The notes beneath the pieces were generated by a model. The model was given only the letters and a program-made list of their open reading frames with translations. It ran no database searches and was not told the origin of the DNA. This document shows positions 1-14,403 of a stretch of DNA of 64,000 nucleotides, piece by piece. The translations under genes and the position numbers were made by a program. Origin of the DNA: Gammaproteobacteria bacterium. Its GTDB lineage: Bacteria > Pseudomonadota > Gammaproteobacteria > Natronospirales > JAIVGZ01. The stretch covers positions 47,564-111,563 of the forward strand of contig JBBEAN010000002.1 in assembly GCA_040882865.1 (NCBI GenBank), in the 5' to 3' direction. Within the stretch, counting starts at the first letter, position 1; the number at the start of each line of letters is the position of its first letter.

Positions 1-260
1 GCGCGTGCTGCGGTGTCCGCGAGCACGGTGACGTGGTGCGGCTGGACTTCGATGATTCCGCCGGACACGTAAAAGTACAGCTCCTCACCATTCTCCTGTT
101 GCACGCGGACCTCGCCCGACGCGAGCCGGGTCAGCAATGGCGCGTGCCGCGGCGCAACACCGATCTCGCCCATCTCGGCCGGCGCGAATACCATCGTGGC
201 CGCGCCGTTCCAGATGTCGGCTTCCGCTGAGACGATATCGACTTTGATCGTGTTCGCCAC
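1..260 (-). CDS. atpC: ATP synthase F1 epsilon subunit (3' end outside window)
   Basis: Hand translation from GTG at 260: MANTIKVDIVSAEADIWNG...GEIGVAPRHAPLLT...YVSGGIIEVQPHHVTVLADTA; directly follows atpD. Confidence 0.95.
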   Translation of the reverse strand, partial: MANTIKVDIVSAEADIWNGAATMVFAPAEMGEIGVAPRHAPLLTRLASGEVRVQQENGEELYFYVSGGIIEVQPHHVTVLADTAAR

Positions 261-1770
<1,510 letters not shown>

Positions 1771-1781
1771 AGGTGCCGGGG

Positions 1782-2642
1782 TCAGACTGCAGCGGCACCA
1801 CCAACGATTTCAGCAAGCTCCTGGGTGATGGCCGCCTGGCGCGCCTTGTTGTAGGCGAGCTGGAGGCCTTCGATGAGTTCGCCGGCATTGTCCGACGCGC
1901 TCTTCATCGCGACCATGCGCGCCGCGTGCTCCGACGCGACGTTCTCGAGCACGGCCTGGTAGACCTGCGACTCGATGTAGCGCATCAGCACGCCCTCGAG
2001 CAGTTCAGCCGCACCGGGCTCGTAAATGTAATCCCAATGTTTCTGCAATTCCGATTCGTCGACCGGCACGACCGGCAGCAGCTGCTCGGACACCGGCTTC
2101 TGCGACATCGTGTTGATGAAGTTGTTGTAGACGATGAATAGGCGGTCGATGCGGCCATCCTTGTACGCGTCGAGCATGATCTTCACGGTGCCGATCAAAT
2201 CGGCAAGGCGCGGTCGGTCGCCGAGGTGCGAGGTCTGCGCTACCACGCTACCGCCGAAGCGGCGGAAAAATTGCGTCGCTTTTTGGCCGATGAGGCACAG
2301 GTCGATTTCGGCGCCGTCCTGTTGCCACTGCTTCATCTCGCCCAGCACAAGTTTGAACAGGTTGATGTTCAGGCCGCCGGCGAGGCCGCGGTCGGTCGAC
2401 ACGATGATGAAGCCGACACGGTTCGCGTCGCGCGTCACGAGGTACGGATGCGGGACTTCCGGACTCGCCTGGCCGAGGTGGCCGATAACGGACCGGATTT
2501 TCTGCGCGTAAGGGCGCGACAACGCCATGCGATCCTGCGACTTACGGATCTTGCTCGCAGAAACCATCTCGAGCGCCTTCGTCACCTTCTGGGTGTTCTT
2601 GACGCTGCCGATCTGGGTCCGGATTTCTTTTGCGCCCGCCAT
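1782..2642 (-). CDS. atpG: ATP synthase F1 gamma subunit
   Basis: [21 protein letters not shown]...RQAAITQEL. Confidence 0.99.
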   Translation of the reverse strand: MAGAKEIRTQIGSVKNTQKVTKALEMVSASKIRKSQDRMALSRPYAQKIRSVIGHLGQASPEVPHPYLVTRDANRVGFIIVSTDRGLAGGLNINLFKLVLGEMKQWQQDGAEIDLCLIGQKATQFFRRFGGSVVAQTSHLGDRPRLADLIGTVKIMLDAYKDGRIDRLFIVYNNFINTMSQKPVSEQLLPVVPVDESELQKHWDYIYEPGAAELLEGVLMRYIESQVYQAVLENVASEHAARMVAMKSASDNAGELIEGLQLAYNKARQAAITQELAEIVGGAAAV

Positions 2643-2646
2643 GTCG

Positions 2647-4191
2647 TTACCAGGCCTGGCTCGACTTGAACTGTTCCAACACTTTCTTAAGGCCCGCCTC
2701 TATCTCGTCGTTCCAGTCACCCTTCTCGTTGATCTTCGAGTACAGCGCGTTATGGCTGGCCTTGAAGTACGCGTGCAGCGCCGCTTCGAAGTCCACGACT
2801 TTCTTGAATTCGACGTCGTCAAGGTAGCCCTCGTTCGCCGCGTACAGCGACACCGCCATCTCGGCGATCGACAGCGGCGAGTACTGCTTCTGTTTCATCA
2901 GTTCGGTGACGCGCTGGCCGCGCTCGAGCTGCTTGCGGGTGGTCTCGTCAAGGTCGGACGCGAACTGCGCGAACGCGGCGAGCTCGCGGTACTGCGCGAG
3001 CGCGAGTCGGACGCCACCGCCGAGCTTCTTGATGATCTTGGTCTGCGCGGCGCCACCGACACGCGACACGGACACACCGGCGTTGATTGCGGGACGGATG
3101 CCGGCGTTGAACAGGTCGGTCTCGAGAAAGATCTGGCCGTCGGTGATGGAGATCACGTTGGTCGGCACGAACGCGGACACGTCGCCGGCCTGCGTCTCGA
3201 TGATCGGCAGCGCGGTCAGCGAGCCCGTCTTCCCCTTCACCTTGCCGTCGGTCATTTTCTCGACGTAGTCGGCGTTCACGCGCGCGGCGCGCTCGAGCAG
3301 GCGCGAGTGCAGGTAGAATACGTCGCCCGGGTACGCTTCGCGGCCCGGCGGACGGCGCAGCAGCAGCGAGACCTGGCGGTATGCCCAGGCCTGCTTCGTA
3401 AGGTCGTCATAGACGATCAACGCGTCTTCGCCGATGTCGCGGAAGTACTCGCCCATCGAGCAACCGGAATAGGGCGCGATGTACTGCATCGCCGCCGATT
3501 CGGATGCCGTCGCGGCAACAACGATGGTGTGCTCCATCGCGCCGTGCTCTTCTAGCTTGCGTACGACGTTCGCGATCGACGAGGCCTTCTGACCAATCGC
3601 GACATAGATACACTTGATGCCGGTACCCTTCTGATTGATGATCGCGTCGATCGCCACCGCGGTCTTGCCGGTCTGGCGGTCACCGATGATCAGCTCACGC
3701 TGGCCACGACCAATCGGCACCATCGAGTCAATCGACTTGAGGCCGGTCTGCACCGGCTGGCTCACCGACTGGCGCGTGATCACCCCTGGCGCCACTTTCT
3801 CGATCGGCGCGCTGTACGGGGTCTCGATCGGGCCCTTTCCATCGATCGGCTGGCCAAGCGAATTCACCACGCGTCCCAGCAGCGCCGGACCGACCGGCAC
3901 CTCAAGGATGCGGCCGGTGGTCTTCACCACGTCACCCTCGGAGATGTGCTTGTAGTCGCCGAGCACCACCGCGCCGACCGAGTCGCGCTCGAGGTTCAGC
4001 GCAAGGCCGTAAGTCTCGCCCGGGAACTCGAGCATCTCGCCCTGCACCGCGTCCGCGAGTCCGTGGATGCGCACGATGCCGTCGGTGACCGTAACGACCG
4101 AGCCGGTGTTGCGCGCCTCGGCAACGCTGTCGAAATTCTCGATGCGCTTGCGGATGAGGTCGCTGATTTCGGAAGGATTCAATTGCTGCAT
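2647..4191 (-). CDS. atpA: ATP synthase F1 alpha subunit
   Basis: [31 protein letters not shown]. Confidence 0.99.
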   Translation of the reverse strand: MQQLNPSEISDLIRKRIENFDSVAEARNTGSVVTVTDGIVRIHGLADAVQGEMLEFPGETYGLALNLERDSVGAVVLGDYKHISEGDVVKTTGRILEVPVGPALLGRVVNSLGQPIDGKGPIETPYSAPIEKVAPGVITRQSVSQPVQTGLKSIDSMVPIGRGQRELIIGDRQTGKTAVAIDAIINQKGTGIKCIYVAIGQKASSIANVVRKLEEHGAMEHTIVVAATASESAAMQYIAPYSGCSMGEYFRDIGEDALIVYDDLTKQAWAYRQVSLLLRRPPGREAYPGDVFYLHSRLLERAARVNADYVEKMTDGKVKGKTGSLTALPIIETQAGDVSAFVPTNVISITDGQIFLETDLFNAGIRPAINAGVSVSRVGGAAQTKIIKKLGGGVRLALAQYRELAAFAQFASDLDETTRKQLERGQRVTELMKQKQYSPLSIAEMAVSLYAANEGYLDDVEFKKVVDFEAALHAYFKASHNALYSKINEKGDWNDEIEAGLKKVLEQFKSSQAW

Positions 4192-4204
4192 GTCTTATGC
4201 CTCG

Positions 4205-4735
4205 TTAAAGCGAAGCGGCGAGCTTTGCGAGCCGCCCCTTCACGGATCCATCGATGACCAAGTCGCCGGCCCGGATGATCGCGCCACCGAGCAGCGTCGT
4301 ATCGACGCTCGGGTGGATGACCACGTCGCGGCCAAGCCGGCGTTGCATCGCCTTTGCATAGGCCTTCTGCTGTTCGTCGGTAAGCGGGACCGCCGAAATC
4401 ACTTCGACGTCGGCGCGATTTTCGGCGACGGCGCGCAATGCCTCGAATTGCAGCATGATCGCGGGCAGCGCGAGCAGCCGGTTACGCTGCGCGAGCAACG
4501 CGAGGAATGCGCTGCCGGACTCGCCGGCGGCCTTGCCGGTGATCTCGTCGAGCAGTGACGCAAGCACTTCGGTTTCGACCTGCGGGTTGCCGATCAGCAG
4601 TTCGAACTCCGGCTGCTCGACCGCAGACGCCGCACTTTGGAGTAGCGCGCCCCACGCTGCGAGCGCGCCGGACGCCTGGGCGGTCTCGAACGCTGCGCGC
4701 GCGTAAGGGCGAGCGATGGTGTTGAGTTCAGCCAT
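4205..4735 (-). CDS. atpH: ATP synthase delta subunit
   Basis: TIARPYARAAFE...LLGGAIIRAGDLVIDGS; operon position. Confidence 0.97.
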   Translation of the reverse strand: MAELNTIARPYARAAFETAQASGALAAWGALLQSAASAVEQPEFELLIGNPQVETEVLASLLDEITGKAAGESGSAFLALLAQRNRLLALPAIMLQFEALRAVAENRADVEVISAVPLTDEQQKAYAKAMQRRLGRDVVIHPSVDTTLLGGAIIRAGDLVIDGSVKGRLAKLAASL

Positions 4736-4741
4736 CGGTCG

Positions 4742-5212
4742 TCAGAGCTCAGCCGCCAGTTTGTTCAGCAGGTCGCGGTGCGTATTCGCGTCGATTTCTC
4801 GCTCGAGAATCTTGCCGGCACCCGCGATCGCGATTGCCGAGACTTCACCCCGCAGCGCCTCGCGCAGGCGATTTCGCTCCTGCTCGATTTCCGCGTGTGC
4901 GGCCGCAAGGATGCGCTCGCGCTCGGCCTGGGCCTGCGCTTTCGCCTCGTCGATGATCGCGCTACCGCGCTTGTTCGCCTGCCCGAGGATGTCCGTGGCC
5001 TGCGTACGCGCCTCGTTGTGGATGTCCGCCGCCTGCGTTTTCGCATTCTCGAGGTCGCGGACGCCCTTCTCGGCGGCCGCGAGTCCGTCGCCGATTTTCT
5101 GCTGGCGGTCACGCATCGCTGCCATGATCGGCGGCCACACGAATTTGACCATCACCCAGACGAAAATGCCGAAGGTGAGAAACTGCCCGAAGAGGGTGGC
5201 GTTGAGGTTCAT
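4742..5212 (-). CDS. atpF: ATP synthase Fo b subunit
   Basis: MNLNATLFGQ...KFVWPP then coiled coil, 156 aa. Confidence 0.97.
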   Translation of the reverse strand: MNLNATLFGQFLTFGIFVWVMVKFVWPPIMAAMRDRQQKIGDGLAAAEKGVRDLENAKTQAADIHNEARTQATDILGQANKRGSAIIDEAKAQAQAERERILAAAHAEIEQERNRLREALRGEVSAIAIAGAGKILEREIDANTHRDLLNKLAAEL

Positions 5213-5222
5213 GACGGAATCC

Positions 5223-6685
<1,463 letters not shown>

Positions 6686-6712
6686 TTCGCGACTCGCCGC
6701 CAAAGACGCGGG

Positions 6713-6741
6713 ATTATAGGGGGCGGCGGGGTAGCGGTCAA
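6713..6741 (-). promoter_or_regulatory. sigma70 promoter of the atp operon
   Basis: TTGACC-17 bp-TATAAT on the minus strand. Confidence 0.8.
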
Positions 6742-6768
6742 CGAACGGCGACCCGTGCCGCGGTGGCC

Positions 6769-7635
6769 TCAACGCAGTTTTTCGAGGATGCCGTCCAGCT
6801 CGTCGAGCGAGTGGTACACAATCACGAGCTTGCCGCCTTTTCCCGAATGCTCGACCCGGACGCGAGCACCGAATTTTTCGGTGAGCTCGTCCTGCAGCGT
6901 CCGGATGTTCGGGTCGAGCGGCTTCTTGGTCGGTTTTGACTTATTGCCGCCGAGAAGCCTGCGCACCAGCGCCTCGGTCGCGCGCGCGGTGAGGCTGCCG
7001 CGGACGACGGCTTTCGCGGCATCAGACTGTGCGGCGCCCGACAGCCCGAGCAGGGCGCGCGCGTGCCCCATGTCAATGGCGCCGGACTCGAGCAGCTGCT
7101 TCACATCGTCGTTGAGTTCCTGCAGGCGAAGCAAATTTGCCACGGCGGAGCGCGAGCGGCCGACCGCGTCGGCGGCCTGCTGCTGCGTGAGCTCGAACTC
7201 GCGCATCAGTCGGTCGAGCGCACGGGCCTCCTCAAGCGGATTAAGATCCTCGCGCTGGATATTCTCGATGAGCGACATCGCGATGGTCGCGCGGTCATCG
7301 GCGACGCGGACCACGGCTGGAATCTCGTGCAGTCCCGCGAGCTGTGCTGCACGCCACCGGCGTTCGCCGGCGATGATCTCGTAGCCACCGCCGCCGGCTC
7401 GCCGCACGATGATGGGCTGCACGACGCCCTGCGCCTTGATCGAGGCTGCGAGGTCTTCGAGCGTGTCCTGGCGCATGTCGACGCGTGGCTGGTACTGGCC
7501 ACGCCGAATTTGGTCGATGGGCAGGGCGCGGAGGTCGCCGTCCGTGTCCGCGCCGGCGGGCTTGCCCGTCGCAGCGGGTCGGCTACCGCCGAGCAGGGCG
7601 TCGAGGCCGCGGCCGAGAGATTTCTTTTTTACCAT
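6769..7635 (-). CDS. parB: Chromosome partitioning protein ParB
   Basis: LGRGLDALL, GERRWRAA CTP-binding motif, ENIQREDLNPLEEA, HTH. Confidence 0.98.
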   Translation of the reverse strand: MVKKKSLGRGLDALLGGSRPAATGKPAGADTDGDLRALPIDQIRRGQYQPRVDMRQDTLEDLAASIKAQGVVQPIIVRRAGGGGYEIIAGERRWRAAQLAGLHEIPAVVRVADDRATIAMSLIENIQREDLNPLEEARALDRLMREFELTQQQAADAVGRSRSAVANLLRLQELNDDVKQLLESGAIDMGHARALLGLSGAAQSDAAKAVVRGSLTARATEALVRRLLGGNKSKPTKKPLDPNIRTLQDELTEKFGARVRVEHSGKGGKLVIVYHSLDELDGILEKLR

Positions 7636-7649
7636 TCGGGGATTGTAAT

Positions 7650-7675
7650 GTAGGAGCGGCGCCTTCGCGCCGCGA
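7650..7675 (+). repeat. REP-like unit, type A
   Basis: GTAGGAGCGGCGCCTTCGCGCCGCGA between parA and parB. Confidence 0.88.
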
Positions 7676-7677
7676 AT

Positions 7678-8478
7678 CTATGGATTCTCTGAGCCTACGA
7701 CCTTGAGCGGGGCGCCAAATACCCTTTTGTTCACTTCACCGGCGAGGGCGAGGTAGGCGAGGGCACCTGTCGATTTCTGGTCGTGCTGGATCGCGGGCAC
7801 GCCGAAGCTCGGCGCTTCTGCGAGGCGCACATTGCGCGGGATGATGGTGCGGTAGACCTTGTCACCAAAGTGGTCCAACAATTGCTGCGAGACCTCGTTC
7901 GCGAGGTTGTTGCGCGGGTCGAACATCGTACGCAGCAGTCCCTCGATGCCGAGTTCAGGATTCACGTTGTCGCGGATCTGCTCGATGGTGTCGACGAGCG
8001 CGGTCAGCCCCTCGAGCGCGTAGTACTCGCACTGCATCGGAATCAGCACGCCGTGTGCGGCGGCCAGCGCATTCACGGTCAAGAGATTCAACGAAGGCGG
8101 GCAGTCGATCAGTACGTAGTCGTACTCGCCGTCGAGCCGCGACAGCGCGTGCTTCAGTCGGCCCTCACGGTTGAACTCATTCATCAGCGACACTTCGGCC
8201 GCCGTCAGGTCGGCGTTCCCGGGCAACACCGAGAAGCCGAGTCCCTCCGGGTTCAGGATTGCGCCGTGGGGGTCGTCTTTCTTCAGCAACACGTCAAAGC
8301 CAGAGACCGCGAGATCATTCTTGTCGATGCCACAGCCCATCGTCGCGTTGCCCTGCGGGTCGAGGTCGACGAGCAAGACGCGACGGCGCGTTGCCGCGAG
8401 CGACGCCGCGAGGTTCACGGCAGTGGTCGTCTTGCCGACTCCGCCCTTCTGGTTCGCTATCGCTATGATTCTAGTCAT
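7678..8478 (-). CDS. parA: Chromosome partitioning ATPase ParA/Soj
   Basis: [12 protein letters not shown] deviant Walker A; ATG at 8478 overlaps the rsmG stop (ATGA). Confidence 0.97.
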   Translation of the reverse strand: MTRIIAIANQKGGVGKTTTAVNLAASLAATRRRVLLVDLDPQGNATMGCGIDKNDLAVSGFDVLLKKDDPHGAILNPEGLGFSVLPGNADLTAAEVSLMNEFNREGRLKHALSRLDGEYDYVLIDCPPSLNLLTVNALAAAHGVLIPMQCEYYALEGLTALVDTIEQIRDNVNPELGIEGLLRTMFDPRNNLANEVSQQLLDHFGDKVYRTIIPRNVRLAEAPSFGVPAIQHDQKSTGALAYLALAGEVNKRVFGAPLKVVGSENP

Positions 8479-9035
8479 GTTTTCCTCAGCACGGCGAGGT
8501 GCCGCTCGGCGGCCAGTCCGGGCACTTCGAGCGCGTGCACGCCCTCGACGGTCCACCCGCCCGGCAGGTCCGTGAGCTCGGCATCGGGGCGCAGTCCTTT
8601 CATCGCGAGCAGGCGTCCGCCGGGTGCACACAGTGCGCCAGCGGCCCCGATGAACGTTGCGACGGTCGCGAATGCGCGGCTGACCACGGTATCAAAGGTC
8701 GGGCCCGGGCGGTAGCTTTCGATGCGCGCCTGGACGGCGCGGGCGTTCGTGATTCTCAGGGTATCAATCGCGTACTCGCAGAACCTGATTTTCTTACCGT
8801 TGGAATCGAGCACCGTATAGTCACGCCCCGGGTCGGCGAGCGCGAGGACCAAGCCAGGCAAGCCCGCGCCGGTCCCGACGTCGAGCACAGTCCGGCCGTG
8901 CAAGAAGGGCAGGACCGCGAGGCTGTCGTGGATGTGGCGCGGCACCATCTCGGCGGAATCGCGCACTGCGGTCAGGTTGTACGCGCCGTTCCATTTCACG
9001 AGCAGCTCGACGAACGCGGCGTGCTGCGGATTCAA
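8475..9035 (-). CDS. rsmG: 16S rRNA m7G527 methyltransferase (start uncertain: TTG 9035 or 9080)
   Basis: [32 protein letters not shown]; GAGGA upstream of TTG 9035. Confidence 0.93.
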   Translation of the reverse strand: MNPQHAAFVELLVKWNGAYNLTAVRDSAEMVPRHIHDSLAVLPFLHGRTVLDVGTGAGLPGLVLALADPGRDYTVLDSNGKKIRFCEYAIDTLRITNARAVQARIESYRPGPTFDTVVSRAFATVATFIGAAGALCAPGGRLLAMKGLRPDAELTDLPGGWTVEGVHALEVPGLAAERHLAVLRKT

Positions 9036-9039
9036 GCGG

Positions 9040-10821
9040 TCAGTCCTCGCCGGGCGGAGCGACGCGCAATACCTCGGCAATCGTCGTCTGACCCTCGGCC
9101 ACCTTGTGCGCGCCGCGGATCCGGAGCGGCTTCAAGCCGTCCTTCCAAGCCGCGCGGCGCAACGCATCGCCGCCCGCGCCGCTAATCAAGTGCTCGCGCA
9201 GCGCGGGCGTCATCGACAACATCTCGTACAGTCCGATTCGACCAAGATAGCCCGTATTGCGGCATTCGAGGCAGCCGACTGCGCGATAGACCTGTTTCGG
9301 CAGCGGCGCCTTGAACGGCGCGACGAGCGCCTCCCACTCCGCGGGATCGACGGGGCCGGGCACCTTGCAGTGCGGACACAGCGTGCGAACGAGGCGTTGT
9401 GCGATCACGCCGCGCACCGTGGACTGCAACAGATAGGCGGGTACACCGAGCTCGATCAGACGCGTGATGGCGCCGGGGGCATCGTTCGTATGCAGGGTCG
9501 ACAGGACCAAGTGCCCCGTGAGCGCGGCTTGCACCGCCATCGCCGCGGTCTCAGCGTCGCGGATCTCGCCGACCATGATGACGTCCGGATCCTGGCGCAG
9601 CAGCGTCCGCACGCCCGACGCGAAATCGAGCCCGATCGACGACTGCACCTGCATCTGGTTGAACGCGGGCTCGACGAGCTCGATCGGATCTTCGATCGTG
9701 CATACGTTCACCTCGGGCCGCGCGACCTGCTTCAACGTGGAATAGAGCGTGGTCGTCTTACCCGAACCGGTCGGGCCGGTCACGAGCACGACGCCGTGTG
9801 GATGCTCGGCCATCGCACGCCATGTCGCCTCGTCGTCGGCGTCAAAGCCGAGTTCACGAAAGTTCTTCAGCAGCACGACCGGGTCGAAGATGCGCATGAC
9901 GAGCTTTTCGCCGAACGCGGTCGGCATCGTCGACAAACGCAGTTCGACTTCGTCGCCCGATGGCGCGCGCGTCTTGAGGCGTCCGTCCTGCGGTCGGCGT
10001 TTTTCGGCGATATCCATGCGGCCTAGAATTTTCAACCGCGACAGCACCGGCGCGTGCACGGCGGCCGGGAGTTCATAAACGGGCTGCATCACGCCGTCGA
10101 TACGGAAACGGATGTTCGCATGCTCGCGCCGTGGCTCGATGTGGATGTCGCTCGCGCGCTGGTCGAACGCGTACTGCAACAGCCAGTCCACAATCGAGAC
10201 GACATGTTGGTCATTCGCGTCAAGTTGTCCCGAACGCCCGAGCTCAAGCATCTGCTCAAGGCTCTGCAACTTGCCGGCGCTGGTCGCACCCTGCTCACGG
10301 CCCGCGCCGAACACCGATTTGGAGATTGAATAGAACTCCACGAGATAGCGCTGCAGGTCCTCGGGGTTCACGAACACACGCTTCAGCTTGCGCCCTTGAA
10401 CGTGCTCGAGCTCGCGCTCCCAGCCGCGCAGCAGCGGCTCACTGGTGCCGACCGTGATTTCCGTCTTCGAAACCGAAAGTGGCAACGCGGAGAACCGTAC
10501 CGCGTACGCGTACGGCATGACTTCGGTCGTGCGGCGCACGTCGACCTTCAACGGGTCCACGTGCTGGTAGGGGAGGTCGAAGCGCGACGCGAGCCAGCGC
10601 GAAAGCGCTTCCGTGGTCAATGGCTTGTTCGCGTCGCGTGCGTCGAACCAGCCGCGCCCGGCGATGACATCGACCGGGTGTCGGTCGGCGAACGCGCCAC
10701 CCGCGGCGAGCTGCCGCAGCATCTTCGCCTTGTCCGCCGAGAGCACGCCGTCGGCCTCGAGCCAGTCAAGGACCTCGGTCAGCGTTAGCTTGCGGTCGGT
10801 GACGGCGTTCAGATGACCCAA
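9040..10821 (-). CDS. GspE/PilB-family secretion ATPase, stand-alone
   Basis: [34 protein letters not shown]...CLEC zinc motif; start uncertain. Confidence 0.92.
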   Translation of the reverse strand: MGHLNAVTDRKLTLTEVLDWLEADGVLSADKAKMLRQLAAGGAFADRHPVDVIAGRGWFDARDANKPLTTEALSRWLASRFDLPYQHVDPLKVDVRRTTEVMPYAYAVRFSALPLSVSKTEITVGTSEPLLRGWERELEHVQGRKLKRVFVNPEDLQRYLVEFYSISKSVFGAGREQGATSAGKLQSLEQMLELGRSGQLDANDQHVVSIVDWLLQYAFDQRASDIHIEPRREHANIRFRIDGVMQPVYELPAAVHAPVLSRLKILGRMDIAEKRRPQDGRLKTRAPSGDEVELRLSTMPTAFGEKLVMRIFDPVVLLKNFRELGFDADDEATWRAMAEHPHGVVLVTGPTGSGKTTTLYSTLKQVARPEVNVCTIEDPIELVEPAFNQMQVQSSIGLDFASGVRTLLRQDPDVIMVGEIRDAETAAMAVQAALTGHLVLSTLHTNDAPGAITRLIELGVPAYLLQSTVRGVIAQRLVRTLCPHCKVPGPVDPAEWEALVAPFKAPLPKQVYRAVGCLECRNTGYLGRIGLYEMLSMTPALREHLISGAGGDALRRAAWKDGLKPLRIRGAHKVAEGQTTIAEVLRVAPPGED

Positions 10822-12257
10822 TGCCCCATGAATTCATCGACCGGTGTCATTTCTAGCCGGGTCTGGTCGGCGCAAAGGTCGATGATTGCCTCGCACTGCT
10901 TCTCGGACAGCCGGCGCTCGATGGCTGCTTCAAACTTCTGTTGCAGCACCGGGATGCCCTCGGCCCGACGCTTGCGATGCCCGATCGGGAAGTCGATCGC
11001 GACGCGCTCGGTCTTGCTGCCATCCTTGAAGAAAACTTGGATCGCATTGCCGATGTAGCGCTTCTGCGGGTCGTAATAATCCTTCGTGAACTGCGCGTTC
11101 TCGGACACCACCATTTTCGCGCGCAGTGCGTCGACGCGCGGGTCGGACGCGACGGCATCCTCGTAATCCTCGGCGACGAGGCGTCCGTGGATCAACGGAA
11201 TCGCAATCATGTACTGGAGGCAGTGGTCACGATCCGCCGGATTGCCGAGCGGCCCGGTCTTGTCGATGATGCGCACGCCCGGTTCCTGGGTCTCGACGAC
11301 GACGCGATCGATGTCAACGAGCCGCCCCTTGACCTCGCCGTGCAGGCGCATCGCGCACTCGACCGCCGTCTGCGCATGGAACTCGGCCGGGTATGAAATC
11401 TTGAACAGCACGTTCTCCATCACGTAGTTTCCGAGCTTCTGCGGCGTCGTCAGTTTCTTGCCGCCGAACAGCACGTCCTGGAAGCCCCACTTCGATGCCG
11501 ACAACGCGGACGGATAGCCCATCTCGCCAGTCATCGCAATCAGCGCGTGGCGGACCGCGCGGCTCGTCGCGTCGCCCGCTGCCCAGCTCTTGCGCGAGCC
11601 GGTATTCGGCGCGTGGCGGTACGTGCGCAACGCGCCGCCGTCAATCCATGCATTCGACACCGCGTTGATGATCTGCGCACGCGAACCGCCGAGCATGCGC
11701 GTGACGACCGCCGTCGACGCGACGCGCACGAGCAGCACGTGGTCGAGTCCGACGCGGTTGAAGCTGTTCTCGAGTGCGAGTACGCCCTGGATTTCATGCG
11801 CTTTCACCATCGCGTTCAGCACGTCGCGCATGGTGAGGCCAGGCTTGCCGGCAACGACCGCGAGGCGGGAGAGGTAGTCGGCAGTCGCGAGGATGCCGCC
11901 GAGGTTGTCGGAAGGGTGGCCCCATTCCGCGGCGAGCCAGGTGTCGTTGAAGTCGAGCCAGCGGATCATCGCGCCGATGTTGAATGCGGCCTGCACCGGG
12001 TCGAGTTCGTGCGCGGTGCCGGGAACACGCGCGCCGCCCGCGAGCGTTGCGCCCGGCACGATGGGTCCGAGCAGCTTGGTACATGCAGGGTATTCGAGCG
12101 CTAGCATGCCGCACGCGAGCGTATCCATCAGGCAGTAGCGAGCGGTCTTGTACGCCTCGGCGCTCGCGCCGTTGCCGTCGCAGACGTAGTCGGCAATCTC
12201 CGTCAGGAGCTTGTCGGGATCGGGGCGCTTCGCCGATTTCATGTCATGAGAAGACAT
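10809..12257 (-). CDS. prpD: 2-methylcitrate dehydratase
   Basis: [33 protein letters not shown]. Confidence 0.96.
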   Translation of the reverse strand: MSSHDMKSAKRPDPDKLLTEIADYVCDGNGASAEAYKTARYCLMDTLACGMLALEYPACTKLLGPIVPGATLAGGARVPGTAHELDPVQAAFNIGAMIRWLDFNDTWLAAEWGHPSDNLGGILATADYLSRLAVVAGKPGLTMRDVLNAMVKAHEIQGVLALENSFNRVGLDHVLLVRVASTAVVTRMLGGSRAQIINAVSNAWIDGGALRTYRHAPNTGSRKSWAAGDATSRAVRHALIAMTGEMGYPSALSASKWGFQDVLFGGKKLTTPQKLGNYVMENVLFKISYPAEFHAQTAVECAMRLHGEVKGRLVDIDRVVVETQEPGVRIIDKTGPLGNPADRDHCLQYMIAIPLIHGRLVAEDYEDAVASDPRVDALRAKMVVSENAQFTKDYYDPQKRYIGNAIQVFFKDGSKTERVAIDFPIGHRKRRAEGIPVLQQKFEAAIERRLSEKQCEAIIDLCADQTRLEMTPVDEFMGHWVI

Positions 12258-12304
12258 CTAAATACAGTTCCTTCTATTTGAGCATCGGTGCGAGATTTGG
12301 GCCA

Positions 12305-12331
12305 TCGCGGCGCCGAGAGCGCCGCTCCCAC
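12305..12331 (-). repeat. REP-like unit, A/B hybrid
   Basis: GTGGGAGCGGCGCTCTCGGCGCCGCGA between prpC and prpD. Confidence 0.85.
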
Positions 12332-12340
12332 AAAGTTTTT

Positions 12341-13468
12341 TCATCGTTTCGCAATCGGAAGCCAAGGCAGTGGGGTCGGACCTATGTAGTCGGCGCCGGG
12401 GCGGATCAGGCGATTGTTCGCGCGTTGCTCCATGATGTGCGCGGACCAGCCGGTCGTGCGCGAGCAAACGAAAATCGGCGTGAACAGCGGCGTGGGGACG
12501 CCCATGAAATGGTAGGTGCACGCGCTGTAGAAGTCGGCGTTCGGGAACAGCCTTTTTTCGTCCCACATGACCTTCTCGATGGCCTCGGCGACGGGATACA
12601 GACGCTTGTCGCCGGTTTCATCGGACAGCTGCTTGGCCCACCGCTTGATGATCGCGTTGCGCGGATCGGAATCACGGTACACGCGATGCCCGAAACCCAT
12701 GATCAACGCTTTCTTCTCGAGCATCTTGTGGATGCCTTTCGTCGCGGCGTCCGGCGTACGGAACTTCTCGATGAGTTCCATCGCCGCTTCGTTCGCGCCG
12801 CCATGCAGCGGACCGCGGAGCGTACCGATGCCGGCGGTGATCGCCGAATGGAAGTCCGACAGCGTTGCCGCGCAAACCCGCGCAGCGAACGTCGACGCAT
12901 TGAACTCGTGCTCCGCGTACAGGATCAGCGAAACATCCATACAGCGGACGTGGGAGTCTTTCGGCTTTTTGCCGTGCAGCAGACGCAGGAAATGTGCAGC
13001 GACCGACGTTTCGTCGCTGTCGGTGTTGATGCGCTTACCGTCCGCATGGAAGCGGTACCAGTACAGCAGGATGCCGGGGAACGCGGCGAGCAGCCGGTCC
13101 GCGACCACGTGCTGGTGCTTGAAGTCGCCCTCGGGTTCAAGGTTGCCGAGCAACGAACAGCCGGAGCGCAGCACGTCCATCGGGTGCGAGTTCGCGGGGA
13201 TTTTCTCCAGCGTATCGCGGAGCGCTTTCGGCAACTTGCGCATCCCGGACAGGCGCTTCTGGTACGCGCGCAGTTCTTTCGCGTTTGGCAGCTTGCCGTA
13301 GTGCAGCAGGTACGCGACCTCCTCGAAGCTCGCATGTTCCGCAAGGTCATTGATATCGTAGCCACGGTAGGTGAGACCCGCGCCTTCCTTACCGACCGTC
13401 GCGATCGCGGTTTCGCCGGCGGTCACGCCCGCGAGTCCGCCCGCTTTTTTCTTAGCTGCTTCTGCCAT
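12341..13468 (-). CDS. prpC: 2-methylcitrate synthase
   Basis: EHEFNASTF, GPLHGGANE, MGFGHRVY; position in prp operon. Confidence 0.95.
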   Translation of the reverse strand: MAEAAKKKAGGLAGVTAGETAIATVGKEGAGLTYRGYDINDLAEHASFEEVAYLLHYGKLPNAKELRAYQKRLSGMRKLPKALRDTLEKIPANSHPMDVLRSGCSLLGNLEPEGDFKHQHVVADRLLAAFPGILLYWYRFHADGKRINTDSDETSVAAHFLRLLHGKKPKDSHVRCMDVSLILYAEHEFNASTFAARVCAATLSDFHSAITAGIGTLRGPLHGGANEAAMELIEKFRTPDAATKGIHKMLEKKALIMGFGHRVYRDSDPRNAIIKRWAKQLSDETGDKRLYPVAEAIEKVMWDEKRLFPNADFYSACTYHFMGVPTPLFTPIFVCSRTTGWSAHIMEQRANNRLIRPGADYIGPTPLPWLPIAKR

Positions 13469-13470
13469 CT

Positions 13471-14349
13471 TTAGTCTCCGAAGAGTTCATCGAGCTTACG
13501 CTCGTAGCTGTGGTAATCCAGGTGTTCATACAGTTCGTCGCGCGTCTGCATCATGGGCACGACGCTTTTCTGCGTGCCCTCGCGGCGCACCGTTTCATAG
13601 AACAAGAGCGCGGCTTTGTTCATTGCGCGGTACGCACCGCAGCACAGGAGCTGGATGTCGACGCCGGCGCCTGCGAGTTCGTCGCGGGTGAACAGCGGCG
13701 TGTGACCGAATTCGGTGATGTTCGCGAGCACCGGCACGCCGACCGCGTCCTTGAACGTACGGTATTGGTCGAGCGTCGCGACGGCTTCCGGGAAAATCAT
13801 GTCCGCGCCGGCCTCGACGCAGGCGACGGCGCGTGCGACCGCGGCGTCCATCCCTTCGCTCGCGAGCGCGTCGGTCCGCGCCATCACCACAAAGTGCTCG
13901 TCGGTGCGCGCGTCAACCGCGGCTTTCACGCGGTCGACCATCTCCTCCAGCGGGACGATTGCTTTGTTCGGCCGGTGGCCGCAGCGCTTCGCGGCGACCT
14001 GGTCTTCGATGTGCATGCCGGCGGCGCCGGCCCGTGTGAACTGGCGAACCGTGCGTGAAATGTTAAATGCTGACCCCCAGCCGGTATCGGCGTCCACCAG
14101 CAGCGGTAGGTCGCAAGCGTCGGTGATTCGCCGGATGTCCGTGAGGACGTCGTCCAGGGTGCTGATACCGAGGTCCGGCATACCGAGCGAGTTTGCCGCG
14201 ACGCCGCCGCCCGACAGATAGAGCGCCCGAAATCCGGCGTTCTTGGCCATTCGGGCCGCGTACGCATTGATGGCGCCCACGACTTGCAGCGGGCGTTCGG
14301 CATCGACGGCGGCGCGCAGGCGCGCGCCGGGGCTGGTTGATTCGGACAT
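13471..14349 (-). CDS. prpB: 2-methylisocitrate lyase
   Basis: [21 protein letters not shown]. Confidence 0.96.
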   Translation of the reverse strand: MSESTSPGARLRAAVDAERPLQVVGAINAYAARMAKNAGFRALYLSGGGVAANSLGMPDLGISTLDDVLTDIRRITDACDLPLLVDADTGWGSAFNISRTVRQFTRAGAAGMHIEDQVAAKRCGHRPNKAIVPLEEMVDRVKAAVDARTDEHFVVMARTDALASEGMDAAVARAVACVEAGADMIFPEAVATLDQYRTFKDAVGVPVLANITEFGHTPLFTRDELAGAGVDIQLLCCGAYRAMNKAALLFYETVRREGTQKSVVPMMQTRDELYEHLDYHSYERKLDELFGD

Positions 14350-14403
14350 TCTGATCCCTGCAAAGATGAGGCTGGTTATTGTAGGGGTTTGAACCGCTTA
14401 CGC

